Assembly (NCBI GenBank): GCA_043228905.1
Contig: JBHGNT010000017.1
Coordinates: forward strand, 12,090,001 to 12,154,000
Direction of reading: 5' to 3'
DNA length: 64,000 nt
Source of the DNA: Azolla caroliniana
Lineage: Eukaryota > Plantae > Polypodiophyta
Shown here piece after piece: positions 40,128 to 53,600 of the stretch (its first letter is position 1; each line of letters starts with the position of its first letter). A program made the position numbers and the translations under genes. The notes beneath the pieces are model-generated. The model made no database searches, had not been told where the DNA came from, and worked only from the letters and a program-made list of their open reading frames with translations.

Positions 40128-40515
40128 CTACAAGTAGCAATTACCAGTTTTCTTGTAAAACAAACAAAGCACATGTTACTATTGCAAATAAAAAGTTTAA
40201 TGGACCTGTTTGGGAGTTTGTTTTTGATATATAGTCTACTTTTTGTGCTTCTTTCTCAACAAAATTGTGTGTCATTTTTATATACAGTCTTCTTTCTGAT
40301 ATATAGTTTAATAATATCGTTTAGGGTTTTTCTTTCTTAGATACAAATTTATTCAAGTGAACCATGTAAAAGTTAAAATAGTTTGCATAAGTTGAAGAAA
40401 AAGCACTATCATGAACTCAACAATCCTGAACATACTCTTAAAATTACACAGTAGATAAGTTACTCAAAACAAGAAATTTAATTCTTCATTGATTAAGTGG
40501 TAGCAAATTACATAT

Positions 40516-41556
40516 TTATAACATCCCATTGCCAATGTCTTGAAATCACCTATAAACAACTAAGCTCTTGCTGGTCAGTGGAACTTCTCTACATATATGA
40601 TCTGCATACTGAGCTCGGTATGGAGTCCACAACCATGTAGCTAGTTGGCAGCTCAATGTTTTCACCAAATAGTGTTCAGGCATTTCATCGGGTAGAATGA
40701 GACATCATCTACGAACGTTGAAGTAATGTCGGAAGTGTTCTGTATCTAGAATCAACGTATTGTCGGCATTATAATTTGGCCAAGTGTCCCAAAAATCAGA
40801 AAGTCTTTTGAATCTTGCAACATCATTCTGCTCACAATTTTCTCATGTCCACTTACCCTTGAAATGTTGTCGCCAGTTCGGGAAGAATCTTTCTATACAC
40901 TTCCACACATCTTTACATGGTTTTTCGCTCCAAATAAACAAATCAAAGTATTGCACAGTCCACTCCAGAAATTGATTTGCGTCCCTCCTTGGTGTCATAT
41001 ATCGCGCACTCATCAGGACTTTATCAGGCTCCAAGATCAATGCTCTTCTTTTGACTTCTAATGGTTTAGGTTTCCATTCCTGTAATTGAGCCTGTGTTAC
41101 ACAAATTATTGGTAGCACACGATCAATTTCAATCAACGTAGGTTCATTCGGCACAATTGGTGTCCTTTTCCTCTTCAAACCCCTAGTCGACTGTGTTGGG
41201 CCTGGCTTCACATTCTAGTGCTCTTGTGTTGTCGACTTAGTCATTGGCTCGGTGCATGTAGATACTGATCTGGTCGATATCAGCCCACTGGTATCACATG
41301 CTGCATCTACCTGTAAAATCAGATCATCTATACAACATGCTTGATCAACTTGCGTAACCAGATCATTTGTGTCAGTTGCTACATCTACTTTCAAGATGTG
41401 GCCCTCTAAACACGCAACAACATCAACAGTTTCCACACTACCATCAGCCTTAGGAGCAATAGATTCAAACCCTTTAGACTCTACAACATCAGAAAACACC
41501 AACATAGTCACACTCACAAAGTAATTAACAGTCTCACAAAACAACATAATGAACAT
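40516..41556 (-). pseudogene. FCP1/NIF (HAD-like CTD-phosphatase fold) domain gene carried by the transposon
   Basis: One frame with four in-frame stops: RALILEPDKVL...RRDANQFLEW..YFDLFIWS...W..ENC...KRLSDFW...YNADNTLILD. The pattern resembles NIF domains; recognised by eye only. Confidence 0.55.
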
Positions 41557-42271
41557 GAAATATTTTCCATCATAGAAACATTTACATAATTATCTTGGAG
41601 AAACATCATAGAGTTCCATTACATAATGTGGATCAAGCAACAACCAATCTGAGGTTTTACTTCTCCAAATAGATCATAGTAAAACTTCATAGAACCCTAG
41701 GAAAATCGCTAACAATCATATCCCACTAATAAGTATTTCGCTCCAATTCAAGAGCCCCTTGACCGAGTAATTGGTCTTGTCCCCGATCGTGACCCCTTAT
41801 TTAGCCTTTTTCTAGCCGGTTGCCCATTTAGCCTTGCTTCTTTGACCCATTACGCAAGTGTGTCCTCCTCCGACAACCTTTCCATCACCTCAGCAACGGC
41901 TAGCAGGTCAGCCGCATCTTGCACTAGGTTTTCCAGTACAGTGGGATCTGTTTGGACATTATCAGTAGTTGGGCTCAGTGGGGTGGAATCAAGGTTTTGG
42001 GATTCGAGGAAATGTTGCATCAAGTGTTCAAAAACACTATTGTGAACCTCAGATTTACATGTTGTTTCCAATATTTCATGGCTTTTCACATCGTTGCCTA
42101 ATTCATTACCATCTTCCAAAAGAATAGGGTGGAGCTAATCAGAAGGAGATAAGATAACAGGACTCTTAAATTTAACCACATTGGCAACTATCTCCTCATC
42201 AGTTGTAGCGTCATCAACACCAAACAGCTCATGCGCCCTCCTTAATCCACAAGATGCTACAACAACATGGT

Positions 42272-43077
42272 TGCTAATTAGCTACATCTTAGCTAACTAG
42301 CTATTCTTCTAGACTATGGCTGTAGCTAATTAGCTACCACTAAGCTAATTAACTACTTCGCTTAGGTATGGTACTAGCTAATTAGCTACTCAACTAAAGT
42401 AGGGTTTAGGGTTTAGCTAATTAGCCACTATAACTAAAGTGTGGCAGTAGCTAATTAGCTACTGTACTAAACTATGGTAGTAGATAATTAGCTAACTGGT
42501 AGCTAATTAGCTACTCAACTAAAGTATGGTAGTCGCTAATTAGCTACCACTTAGCTAATTAGCTACTCAGCTAAGGTATGGTAGTCGCTAATTAGCTACC
42601 ACTTAGCTCATTAGCTACTATACAAAAGTATGGTACTAGCTAATTAGCCACTATAACTAAAGTATGGTAGTAGCTAATTAGCTCCCACTTAGCTAATTAG
42701 CTACTGTACTAAACAATGGTAGTACCTAATTAGCTAAGTGGTAGCTAATTAGCTACTCAGCTAATGTATGGTAGTAGCTAATGTATGGTAGTAGCTAATT
42801 ACCTACCACTTACATAATTAGCTATTGTATTAAACTATGGTAGTAGCTAATTAGCTAAGTGGAGGCTATTTAGCTACTCAACTAACGTATGCTAGTAGCT
42901 AATTAGCTACCACTTAGCTCATTAGCTACTGTACTAAACTATGGTAGTAGCTAATTAGTTACTGTACTAAACTATAGTAGTTAATTAGCTACCATTTAGC
43001 TAATTAGCTATTGTATTAAACTATGGTAGTAGCTTATTAGCTAGTCAACTAACGTATGGTAGTAGTTAAATAGCTAC
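42272..43077. repeat. TAGCTAATTAGCTA array 2, left part
   Basis: Same units as array 1; cut by the Gypsy insertion at 43078. Confidence 0.95.
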
Positions 43078-43547
43078 TGTTGTCCACTGGAATAGTAACC
43101 AACGGACAGAAGCGTAGAAATATTATAATATAGTAAAAGCATAAGAAACACATGTAATGGTTCACGCGGGAAGGGTGAACAGCTAAAAGACCCTATGTAT
43201 ATAAAGGGTAAAAATCCTCTATAAGAGGTAGCGTGTAATTTTGGTGCACAGAGCACTTTTGTAATAGAATACTATCTTCTCTGAGTTCTGTGCATATCTG
43301 TGGTTTTTTTATCTACCGTGTTCTTTGTTCTCTGTTGTGTACTGTTAATTGTAAGGGTGTAGGCATAAGTGCGGATACTAGTGCACTACCCAAGGAGTTC
43401 GGTTGTAGCCGTCTCCCTTATACGCTGCTAGGATACGAGGAGTATCCCATTACGTATTACGATGCAACGGTACCATTCCTTGCAACATAGTCACCTTGAA
43501 GTCTACGTCCAAGAACTGACCGTAGACAGTGTTCCTAATCGGTAACA
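43078..43547 (+). repeat. Gypsy 5' LTR (470 bp)
   Basis: TGTT...AACA; matches the split 3' LTR. Confidence 0.9.
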
Positions 43548-43601
43548 CATTTGGCACGCTTGGTGATCTGTGTTTTCTTGTAGACGAACAACGACGAATG
43601 G

Positions 43602-46600
43602 ATGATTAGCCATAGACGACCCAGAGAACCGAAACGACAAGACCGACCAATCACAAGGTCCATCACATGCCAGGCGGAGGAACGCGCAAGGCAAAAACCT
43701 CGCCTTAGTGATATCTGTTGGAACCACAAAGTCGACTTCCCGCTCACCAAACACCTCGGTGACACACAGGAAGTTCTTTCACCACACAACTACTGTGGTC
43801 TGCCCCTGCTCGCCATAGCGTCCAACATGGCCTTCTCCTATCCCCGTTTCAACAGCGAAACAGACACCGCAACCCACATTCGCCTGTGCCTGAAAGTTTG
43901 GAATGCAAATCACATTGCGCAAAGACTTCTGGAAGAGGTAGCGCGCCAATCCAAAATGACAGAGTTTGGATTAACTCTGGATGGTAGAGTTACGTTTTGG
44001 CATTCACAGATGGATCTGCCAGCAATTACAACCTTCGACCAGCTATAGTCGGCCTTTTTGTGTTTCTTTCATCGGAGGCTGCCGCAACGTGAAATCCTCG
44101 GGCAGTTCTATTCATCGGAGGCTGCCGCGCTACCAAAATCGCCGAAATAACAACGATTCCAAGGAAGAAGAGCCGGAGGAAGAAGACTACCGGGGCAACC
44201 GCAGATATAATAAAGGAGGACGCCATTACGAAAACTACCGTTCGGTGAACAAACGTGGTGGCTTCAATGGGCCTCGGGGGAAACATAGACAGTATAGGGA
44301 CCAACAACTTTACGACAAAAGTTCGGAAGATGACTTGCCCGTTTTGGCTTCACATGGCGGATTCCCGCTCAGTTCGGCCTTTAGGCTTAATCCGAAAATT
44401 AGGCATCATCATTGGCAAACATCGCTTCGACATCTCGGCGGTAGTTCTCACCCTCGACGCTCCGGGAGCGTATCCAATGCTGCCTTGCAGACCTTGGCTT
44501 CATTCGGCGAATATCAAACAAAGCTGGCAAACATAAGTGTATCAGTTTTCGCCAAGGACGCACCAAGGTTCGTGTACCCACAGAGAAAATGACGACACAA
44601 CCCAAGGGGATAACACCATTATATGCGGAAGATATAAATATGTTGGACGGGGTGGGGGATACAGAGTTGGAAGCATACTTGGAAGAGCACCCCTGAATCA
44701 TCCCACTATTTGAAATCGACGTAATAGAAACCGCAGCGGAGTATGCTATGCCTACTTTACTTCACGACGAGGCTTATGAACCAGACCTAGAGTCGATCAT
44801 GGAATTAAGTAGAGCACGGGCAGCGTTCGAGAAGGAAATGGAAATTTCGTGACGAGTCGCTGCCTCAGCCCTAGAAGAAGTTAACGGAGGCACGACATCA
44901 GACCCCCGACTCCTCTCCATCGCAAAAGAGTTACTACCGGATCAAAGAGAGGCAATGATAGCACTGCTCAGGAAGTATAAAGATGTGTTCGCTTGGTCCC
45001 ACGAGGAGATGAAGGGATTAGATCCAAAGTTCTATCAACATAAGTTCAATTTAGCGTCCAATGCAAAACCAGTCCAAGAGCGTCGATACCACATGAATCC
45101 AAATTATGCGGCTCGCGTAAAAGAGGAAATTGACAAACTTCTCAAGGTTGGATTCATTAGACCAGTCAAGCAAGCTACATGGCTAAGCCCGATAGTAGTC
45201 ATATCAAAGAAAAATGGGAAAATATGTGTGCGTGGAGTATCAGAAATTGAACGTTGTAACCATTACAGATGCGTTCCTGTTACCTTTCACCGATAGTGTA
45301 CTAGATGCCGTCGCCGGGCATGACATGTACAACTTTCTGGATGGCTTCAGTGGGTACACTCAAGTACGCATGCACCCCGACGACCAAGAGAAAATGGTGT
45401 TTGTCACGGACTGGGAGTATATGTCGCGGTTGTCATGATGTTCGGGCTAAAGATGGTGCCGACCACATTTCAACGGACAATCACGGAGATTTTTGGGGAA
45501 TATATACCCGCCTTCATGCAGGTCTTTTTAGACGATTTTGCAGTGTATGGGACAACAGTCGAACATTTTACGCATCTATAGTTTTGCCTGGAGCGTTGCT
45601 GCACTTCATGTTTAAGCCTGAATCCCGCCAAATGCGCTTTTGGCATCACTAGTGGAGCTCTCCTCGGCCACATAGTTAGTAAAGAGGGGATAGCAGTAGA
45701 TCCAAACAAAATCTCCACGATTACTCACGCAATGATGCCGACAAATGCCAAAGCACTCAGCCGGTTTTTGGGACAAATATGATACCACAGTCGGATGATA
45801 AGCTATTTGGCGGATTTTGCCACACCATTGCATGCCGCCGTCCACTGTACTCCTTTCAAATGGACAACAACGGAAGAAAAGGCGTATGATGCGCTAAAAA
45901 TAATGCTAACACAAGCATCGGTCCCATAACCACAAGATTGGGCAAAACCATTTCACCTTTTTGTGGATGCCTCGGATATAGCAATAGGTAGTGTGTTGAT
46001 GCAGCTCATGGAGCCGAATAGGTACCGACTAGTGTACTACGCCAATCGGAAACTTTCAATGGCTGAGCATAACTATTCCACAACGGAATGTGAAGCGTTG
46101 GGTATGATATACAACATACAAGATTGACGTTTCACATGGATCATACGACATTGCTATATCTGGTGGAGAAATAGGCATTGACAAGGAAATTGGCTAGATG
46201 GATGCTGGTGCTCCAAGAATTCGACTTTGGAATCCAACACAGACCAGGTGCGCAACACGCGGTGGCGGATTCCTTGAGCAGATTAGATAATGGAGAAATG
46301 GAGAAAAAGGATGACGATGACTTTGCGGATGCGGACATTCTGTAAGTAGCAAACTTAGCAACAAGAACAGAAAAGACTTTTCCGGATCGATGGTGGATGA
46401 AAATGACCTACTTTCTGACCACGGGTTACCTCTACCACAATTAAGGACGGATGAGAAAAAATGACTGGTGTCCGGAGTCCGAATTTCTGTTTAGTTGAAG
46501 ACGTTCTATATCACAAAGGCAGTGACGATATCTGGAGGCGAGGAATACGACAAGATGAGAAGGCATCGGTCTTACGCGAAGCTCACTGTGGTAAGGAGGA

Positions 46601-47671
46601 CATTACGCAAGCGATGTTACGGCCTGGAAAATTTGGTAAGCAGGACTTTCGTGGCCGACTACGCAAAAGGATGCGTATGAATATTGTAAAGAGTGCGATT
46701 TATGCCAACGGATTGGCCAACCCACGGAAGTTGCGAGAATGCCACATCAACCAGTGTTGCCGTTGGATCCTTTCCGAAAGTGGGGGCTCGATTTTGTGGG
46801 ACCCTTTACCCCAGCGGCTGCCAGAACCAGCAATAAGTATATCCTAGTGGCTACGGATTACTACACCAAGTGGGTAGAAGCGAAACCACTACGCGAAAAT
46901 ACCACGACAGTCACAACGAAATTCCTTTACAAACATATCTGGTGTCATTTTGGCTGCCCTATTGAGCTCATTAGTGACCAAGGGAGTCACTTTCTGAATA
47001 TGGTCATTAGCGAACCAACCCAACACTATGCCGTGGTCCACAAAAAGAGTACGTCGTATTACCCATAGGCAAATGGCTTGGCCATATCCACAAACAAAAC
47101 ATTACAAACTATCCTCAAAAAGATAGTCAATGAGAATAGAACAAATTGGGATACCAAATTGCACAACGCATTACGGGCATATCGATCCAGCTATAAGACC
47201 AGCATACAATCCACGCCTTTCAGGTTAGCATTCGAATTCCAGGTACTAAGTCTGCGGATTCAAGTACGAGACCGGCTGCTAGAGGACAAATCTAAACGAA
47301 TACGGCTACAACAACTGTTTGAAGTAGGGGAAACACGATTACGCTGTATGGCCATATTGGAATAGGAACAACGGCAGCGCAAAGCATTCGTGGACCGACA
47401 TCGGCATGCACATGAAAAGGAGTTTACGGTCGAGAAAGCGGTATTAGTTTTTCAAACACACATGGGGCAAATGCCAAGAAAATTAAGATTCCGCTGGACA
47501 GGCCTGTACTGGATAGTTGGAGCGGAAAACGACACATTTCAACTCGACACCTTGGCCAGAGAAGTGCTACGACAAAAGGCGAATGGGTTTCGCCTAAAAC
47601 CTTACCTAGGACCTACGCCACCTAACCCGTTCCCCGTCGGACAGGACAAAGCCAGAAGATCCGCGGAGTAA
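43602..47671 (+). pseudogene. Gypsy gag-pol (partial gag and protease, RT, RNase H, integrase), disrupted
   Basis: [46 protein letters not shown] and RFRWTG motifs; many stops and frameshifts. Confidence 0.85.
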
Positions 47672-48045
47672 TTATAGAGACCTACTTGTACTATAGTGTA
47701 AACATGATATTGTATGTAACCGTTACAGAGAAATAAATAAATAAAAGAAAAGAGAAGATAGTGATGCTATTAAAAGGACTTCACGCATGCACAAACTTCT
47801 AGAACAAGAACACGTGGCACCACGGTGGCTCATAGACCAATGAACCCTAGGCCACAAAAAGAAGAAAATAGAAGGTTTTCTGCACAGTACATAAACCAAT
47901 CATCTAACCCTCATCGCTCTCCTCACTCACCTTCCTCTCCATCATACCACAGAGCTCACGTTCGCCATAGCCATCATACCTCACCCTCTACCCAGTAGTC
48001 TCACCCACCTACTATGCAGATCCCTATTTATGCCGCCTTGCGTAG

Positions 48046-50302
48046 ATGGCTCGTCGAAAAGCGCCTGGATACATCAAAGTTGCCGAGGCACCTGCTCACC
48101 CTGAAGCCCTGGACATTGTAAGGAAACTCAATATAGACACGGTCACCAACACATCCATTCGGAAGAAGCTTGACCTGTCATCACTTGGAGAAAGACATTT
48201 CAACATCCCTCCTGCGGAAACCTTGTAGAGATATTTCGAGGCATATTCAACGTCCTCTAAGGCATACAGAACGAAGGAAATCCCCGACCCCTTCTTTCGT
48301 GAAATAGCCAAGTTCTCGTTGGAGGTTGGATGCGTAGATGTAAATGCCTATGGGATGCCAAAGCAGAAGGCAGGCATCATCATAGATACCTTCGAAAGGC
48401 GCATGGTCGATTGGGGAGTCATTACGAGACCAACGTTACGGGAACATCTGCACGCGTATAAAGGCGGAAAAAAGCTAAGGCCAATCATACAACAGTATCT
48501 GACGATACTATTCTCACCCCGAGGTCTAGCCGCACCACAACCCAGCAAACCCACGCCGCCACCACGTTCCGCGACCCGGAGGTTAGCAAAGTTGGCCACC
48601 ACGGAATGGGAGGATGAACCCCAATCGGCCCAACCCAACATGCAGACAACACAGGAAGAACGACCGGAGCACAAAGAGGAAGCTCCGCAGGAGCAGGAAG
48701 CCGAGCAACGCCAGGAAAGCCCGAGGCCGAAACAACAGAGGCTAGAGAGGAACGATGGGTAAGGATTAGTTAAAGACACACTCGCGGCCACAGAGATGAC
48801 TGTGGTGGTTGACAGTTCCATGGCTATGGAGCCCAACACCACTTTTGAAATAATCTGAGAACCACGGCCGATCATTACGGCCTAGTCATAGAGGGGGAAA
48901 GGCGTATTTATGGTGAAAAGCGAGGTCGTGAAGTATCCAGACATTCCGGACATAGCCCCTAGGGTAGGCAGACAACGGAATGTCGGTATACGTCAAATGG
49001 GAATTGAACTACCCTCATTAAACGCAGCCCTCGTCGAGGTTCATAGGGAAATGGCTAAGGTCAGTATTGGCGCCAAAGATATGGCGATTGAAAACAAAAA
49101 TGTCTGGAAAACGGTTAAACAGACCCAAGTTGAGCTACAAAAGGCCAACGAACGCATCGCAGAGTTGGAACGAAAAGAAACTAGGACGCAACAGGAATCT
49201 CAACCAACAAACAACACTACCGAAGCCCAGTCCCTAAGAGAAGAGGTTGAAGCCCAGATCCCCATCGCCTCAAAAGCAAAGAGGGCCGTACAGTTGGCGG
49301 AATCCAAGATTGACCTCCTCCACTCCAAACTCTACCAATCCTCCGATGGAGAAAGGACATCCGGGCCAAAGGCCGAAAGGTAGTGAAGGCCCTCGAAGAG
49401 AAACTCGAAGCGGAGGCAGCAGCGCATACCCGCACAAAAGAAGAAAACACCAAACTATAGGAGGAAGCGCAAAAATCGGAAACAACGATCACAGGACTCC
49501 GGGCGTTATTGGAAAAGAAGAAAGCATGGTACGAAGAGCAGCTCGTACGGGAACATGAGGTGAGGCATCAGGTCGAAATCCTCCTGAACGATGAAATGGG
49601 AAAGTTGGAGGAATTACACTCGAAGGAATCTCAGTTATGTGCAAGAATGAAGAGCAATTATGAGGAAACGGTTGCGGTCAGTAAGCAAGAAATCGAAAAC
49701 CTCAAGAAAACCCTGGAAGAAGCGCGTAACCACTGCCAAGTAATAACCGACAACGTGCGCATACTTCTTCAAACAAATCGGGAGAGGTTTAGGGCGCAAT
49801 TAACACCGGTGCTAGACAAAGGCTGGATGGCGTGGGCTACACAAGCGGCGGAGTTGCATACTTACCGGGCGAACTAGGAGAACCGAAGGAAAGACGAGTG
49901 ACGTTTCTACAAACTCAATGAGAAAAGCATTGCGGGAGTACGCGAGGACCTAGCACAGGATTATCCCACGCTAGCAGACCAACACTACGAGGAACTCGCG
50001 TAGCTACTGGACGATTTCGGCAAAAGTGAGGAGGATATGTTTCACAAATCATGCAAGCCGGCAACACGCGACCAAGTGTGGAACCCATCGCGATACTAGT
50101 AAGTGATACTGCCGAACAAGAGGAATCTCAACCCACGTCACCGGAAATAACAACTACGATAGGCAACACGGGAAAACAAGCGAATCCCATCGCGATAACG
50201 GAAAGTGAGACCACCGAACGGGAGGAACCTCAACCCCATTCACCGAAGCGGACGACTACGGTTGGCAACACGGAGGAAGTTACGGACAGGACAGAGCCTT
50301 AA
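48046..50302 (+). pseudogene. Additional 3' ORF of the Gypsy element (coiled-coil rich, unknown function)
   Basis: Collinear ORF fragments 48046-48762, 48910-49383, 49509-49877 and 50051-50302 between integrase and the 3' LTR. Confidence 0.6.
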
Positions 50303-50695
50303 CCTACCTAGAGCCCACAAACGGATGAGCCAACCACAGTAGAACGGGATGAGCCAACAGAACCTGGACCACCCACACAGGGAGACGTTGACATCATGGA
50401 AAGCCCCACCAAGCAAGTACAAGACATGGAACCATGCCACGACACACCTACGGACACTACGCCGTCCCCGAACCAGGACATCGGGGCGGAACCAAACATC
50501 CGGGCCATTTGGGAGGAAGAATAAAGGGGTGGGTCCGACGTGCCATGGCACTATCCTACAGGCGTTCCAAGTGTTGTCCTCCAGAATAGTAACCAATGGC
50601 CAGAAGCGCAGAAATATTATAATATAGTAAAACCATAAGAAACGTATGTAACGGTTCACGCGGGAAGCGTGAACGGCTAAAAGACCCTGTGTATA

Positions 50696-53600
50696 TGAAA
50701 AGAATTGCGTACGGAAGCAATACAGGAAACCGAACAATAGAAAACGCAGGTTTAATGGAAAGCTTAGGTTTGCACAGTACGCACGGGAGAGACAGAGAGA
50801 GGGAGTGAAACACAAGAACTTAATTCAAAAATAATACTCAATTTGTACATAGGATGTGCTCAGTGAGCACTTTTATACAAGCCCTGACAGTCGGGCTGAC
50901 ACAAGTATTGACAATACTTGACTGCTCATAAATGAGCTTTGACTCTTACTCCCAAAACTATTCCTTACAAGGAATATCACTCTAACGGCCTTTCAGTTTA
51001 TGCACCGGTACGACCTTCCTACGCACCGGTCTGGCCTAACCGATCCAGTCCTCGGCTTGCTCATCCGATCTAGCCGATTTTGAGCTTGTCTCTTAACACT
51101 CCCCCTCAAGCTCAGCTTGAGGTTCCGCCTGCTCCGTCGGATCTACGCTACGGCTTCTCCTGGATCCACGCCTCGGCCTGTTTGACTCCGCGCGTTTTGA
51201 CCCTTCCGGTCGGCTTGTCTGCACCCACGGCCCTTCACAACTCCCTTGCTGTCGCGGTGTTGGCGCTTCTCCTGCTGCCTTCTTTTCCGCTTGGCCCTCG
51301 GTTGATTCAGTGTATCTGAATCAAACATCCGAACCGACCCGGCTACCTCCGATCGGTTTTCGCTCTCGTCCGAGTTGGCTGTCTCAACTCGTCTTCGGTC
51401 TTCTTGCCCTTGACGACGTCATATCCCCCATGCTTGGTTGGCTTTGGCTCTTTCTTTCGGCTGCTCCCCTTATGTCCGCTTTCGGACTCTTCAGCGGATC
51501 CGCCCTCAGCTTCTTAAGCCGATCCGAAGTCGAATTCGTCATCCTTTCCTACTCCCTTCCATAGTCATCTGGGACATCTCTCCCCCTCAAGTTCGGCACG
51601 TCGAGGTGACGCAACCCAAGCGCACCCGAGAATTGCCGCAACTTGTCCAGACCAAGAGGCGTGGTGAAGATGTCTACGGTCTGCCGATACGTCGGAACAT
51701 ACTGAAGTTCGACTTCACCAAAAAGGACACCCTCACGGACAAAATTGTAGTGCACCTCAATGTGCTTGGTCCGTGCATGGAAGACTGGGTTCTTCGCGAG
51801 CTGGATGCTGCTGAGGTTGTCGCAGTAGATCGTCGTCGGATCGGACACCTCTACCTGCAGATCCTTAAGTAGCCGCTTCAACCATATGGCTTCACATGTC
51901 GCGACAGCCGCTCCTCTATACTCGGCTTCAGTGCTCGACAGTGCAATTGTCAGCTGCTTCTTGCTACTCCACCCTACCGCGACACTCCCAAGAGAGAACG
52001 CGTATCCGGACGTGGATCGGCGATCGGCGGCGTTGCCAGCCCAATCAACATCGGTGTAGCCGACCAACTACGGCTAGACCGGTCCGAAATAGCAGTCCCC
52101 GGTCCTTAGTGCCGCTTACGTACCGCAGTACGCTTTGTGCACACTGAAGGTGCTCCTCGGTAGGTCGCGCCATAAACTGACTGATCACCCCGACTGGATA
52201 ACTGAGATCGGGTCGAGTGATTGTCAAGTAAATAAGGCTTCCGACAATTTGTCGGAACCTCGTCGGTTCGCACACCTTTCTGGAATTGGGGCGAAGCTTG
52301 ACGGTTTTATCAAGAGGAGTCGAGATGGACTTATAGTCTGGCATCCCGAATTTGAAGAGCATATTCAGCACGTAATGACGTTGGCTGATCAGTATGCCTT
52401 CGGGAGTGCGGATCACTTCGATCCTTCATGTCGAATGATGCCGCAAGCTGGAGCTTCATGCGGTCGATTTCACCTAGTTCGGCGCTGGTGATGACCAAGT
52501 CATCAACATATAGTAAAATACTAACCGGCCCGAGTCGACCTTTCCGGATGAACAGGGAAGAGTCCGATTTTGACGTTGCAAAGCCCATCCAACACAGTTG
52601 CTGCGTGATCTTCGCGTTCTAGGCACGCGGGGCTTGCTTCAGTCCGTAAAGAGACTTCTTCAATCGGCACACTGCTGAAGTGTTCGTTCCAGAGTGAAAT
52701 TTGGGGGGCTATACCATGTACACCTATTCCTCAAGCTCACCTTGCAGAAACGCATTCTTTACATCCATCTGATGTTAGTGCCACCCCTTTGCTGCAGCTA
52801 CCGCGAGCAAAACACGGACGGTCGTCATCTTCACGACCGGTGCAAACGTCTCATCGTAGTCGATGCCATGTTTCTGCGCGTAGCCTTTTGCCACTAACCG
52901 GGCCTTGTATCGGTTGACCGAGCCGTCAGTGTTGTACTTGACCTTGTACGCCCACCTACATCCGATCGGCTTCACACCCTTTGGTGCGTCAACCAGGTCC
53001 CAGGTCTCGTTTTCTGCCAATGCGTGCATCTCTTCCTCCATCGCGGCGCACCAGTTCGCGTCCTTAACCACTTCTGCGTAGCTCTCCAGCTCATGCACTT
53101 CTGCTACACAGGTCATGTACGCATAATGATGCGCCATGTACTCGTTGTATCTGAACCGTACAACTGGGTTCTTCTGGCGGGTAGATCGGCTTAATCGGTC
53201 TTTAGCCGATGTCGAGGTCTTCTCGACCGACGCGGACTTCGCTCTTGAAGACCCGTAACCGCTTCCCTCAGAGTCGGACTCGCATCGGTCTGACTCGTTC
53301 CTATTCGTGCCGGAATCCGACACCTTCTTCTTCCCTTTCTCTTTGTTCGTAAGCCGTCTCCTCGGCTTCCTGTTCTGGGAATGCACGGCCAAGTCTCCAC
53401 TACTCGCCGGCTCTTCATCGGACTGGTTGAACCGACTCCGTCATCCATTCGGTCCACGTAACCAAAATGAAATCGGACTCTCTTCGCGGTTCCCGATTTC
53501 CGGCTCATCCGGAGGCATCTTAGTCTCATTGACCTCATCGTCAGAACCCGGATTGGAGGTGAGGTCCGGAGTCGGGGCCAAGTACTATGACACAGACTCG

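Noticed and set aside
48046-50302. Envelope gene
   Set aside because: No visible signal peptide or transmembrane segment; the sequence is hydrophilic coiled-coil.
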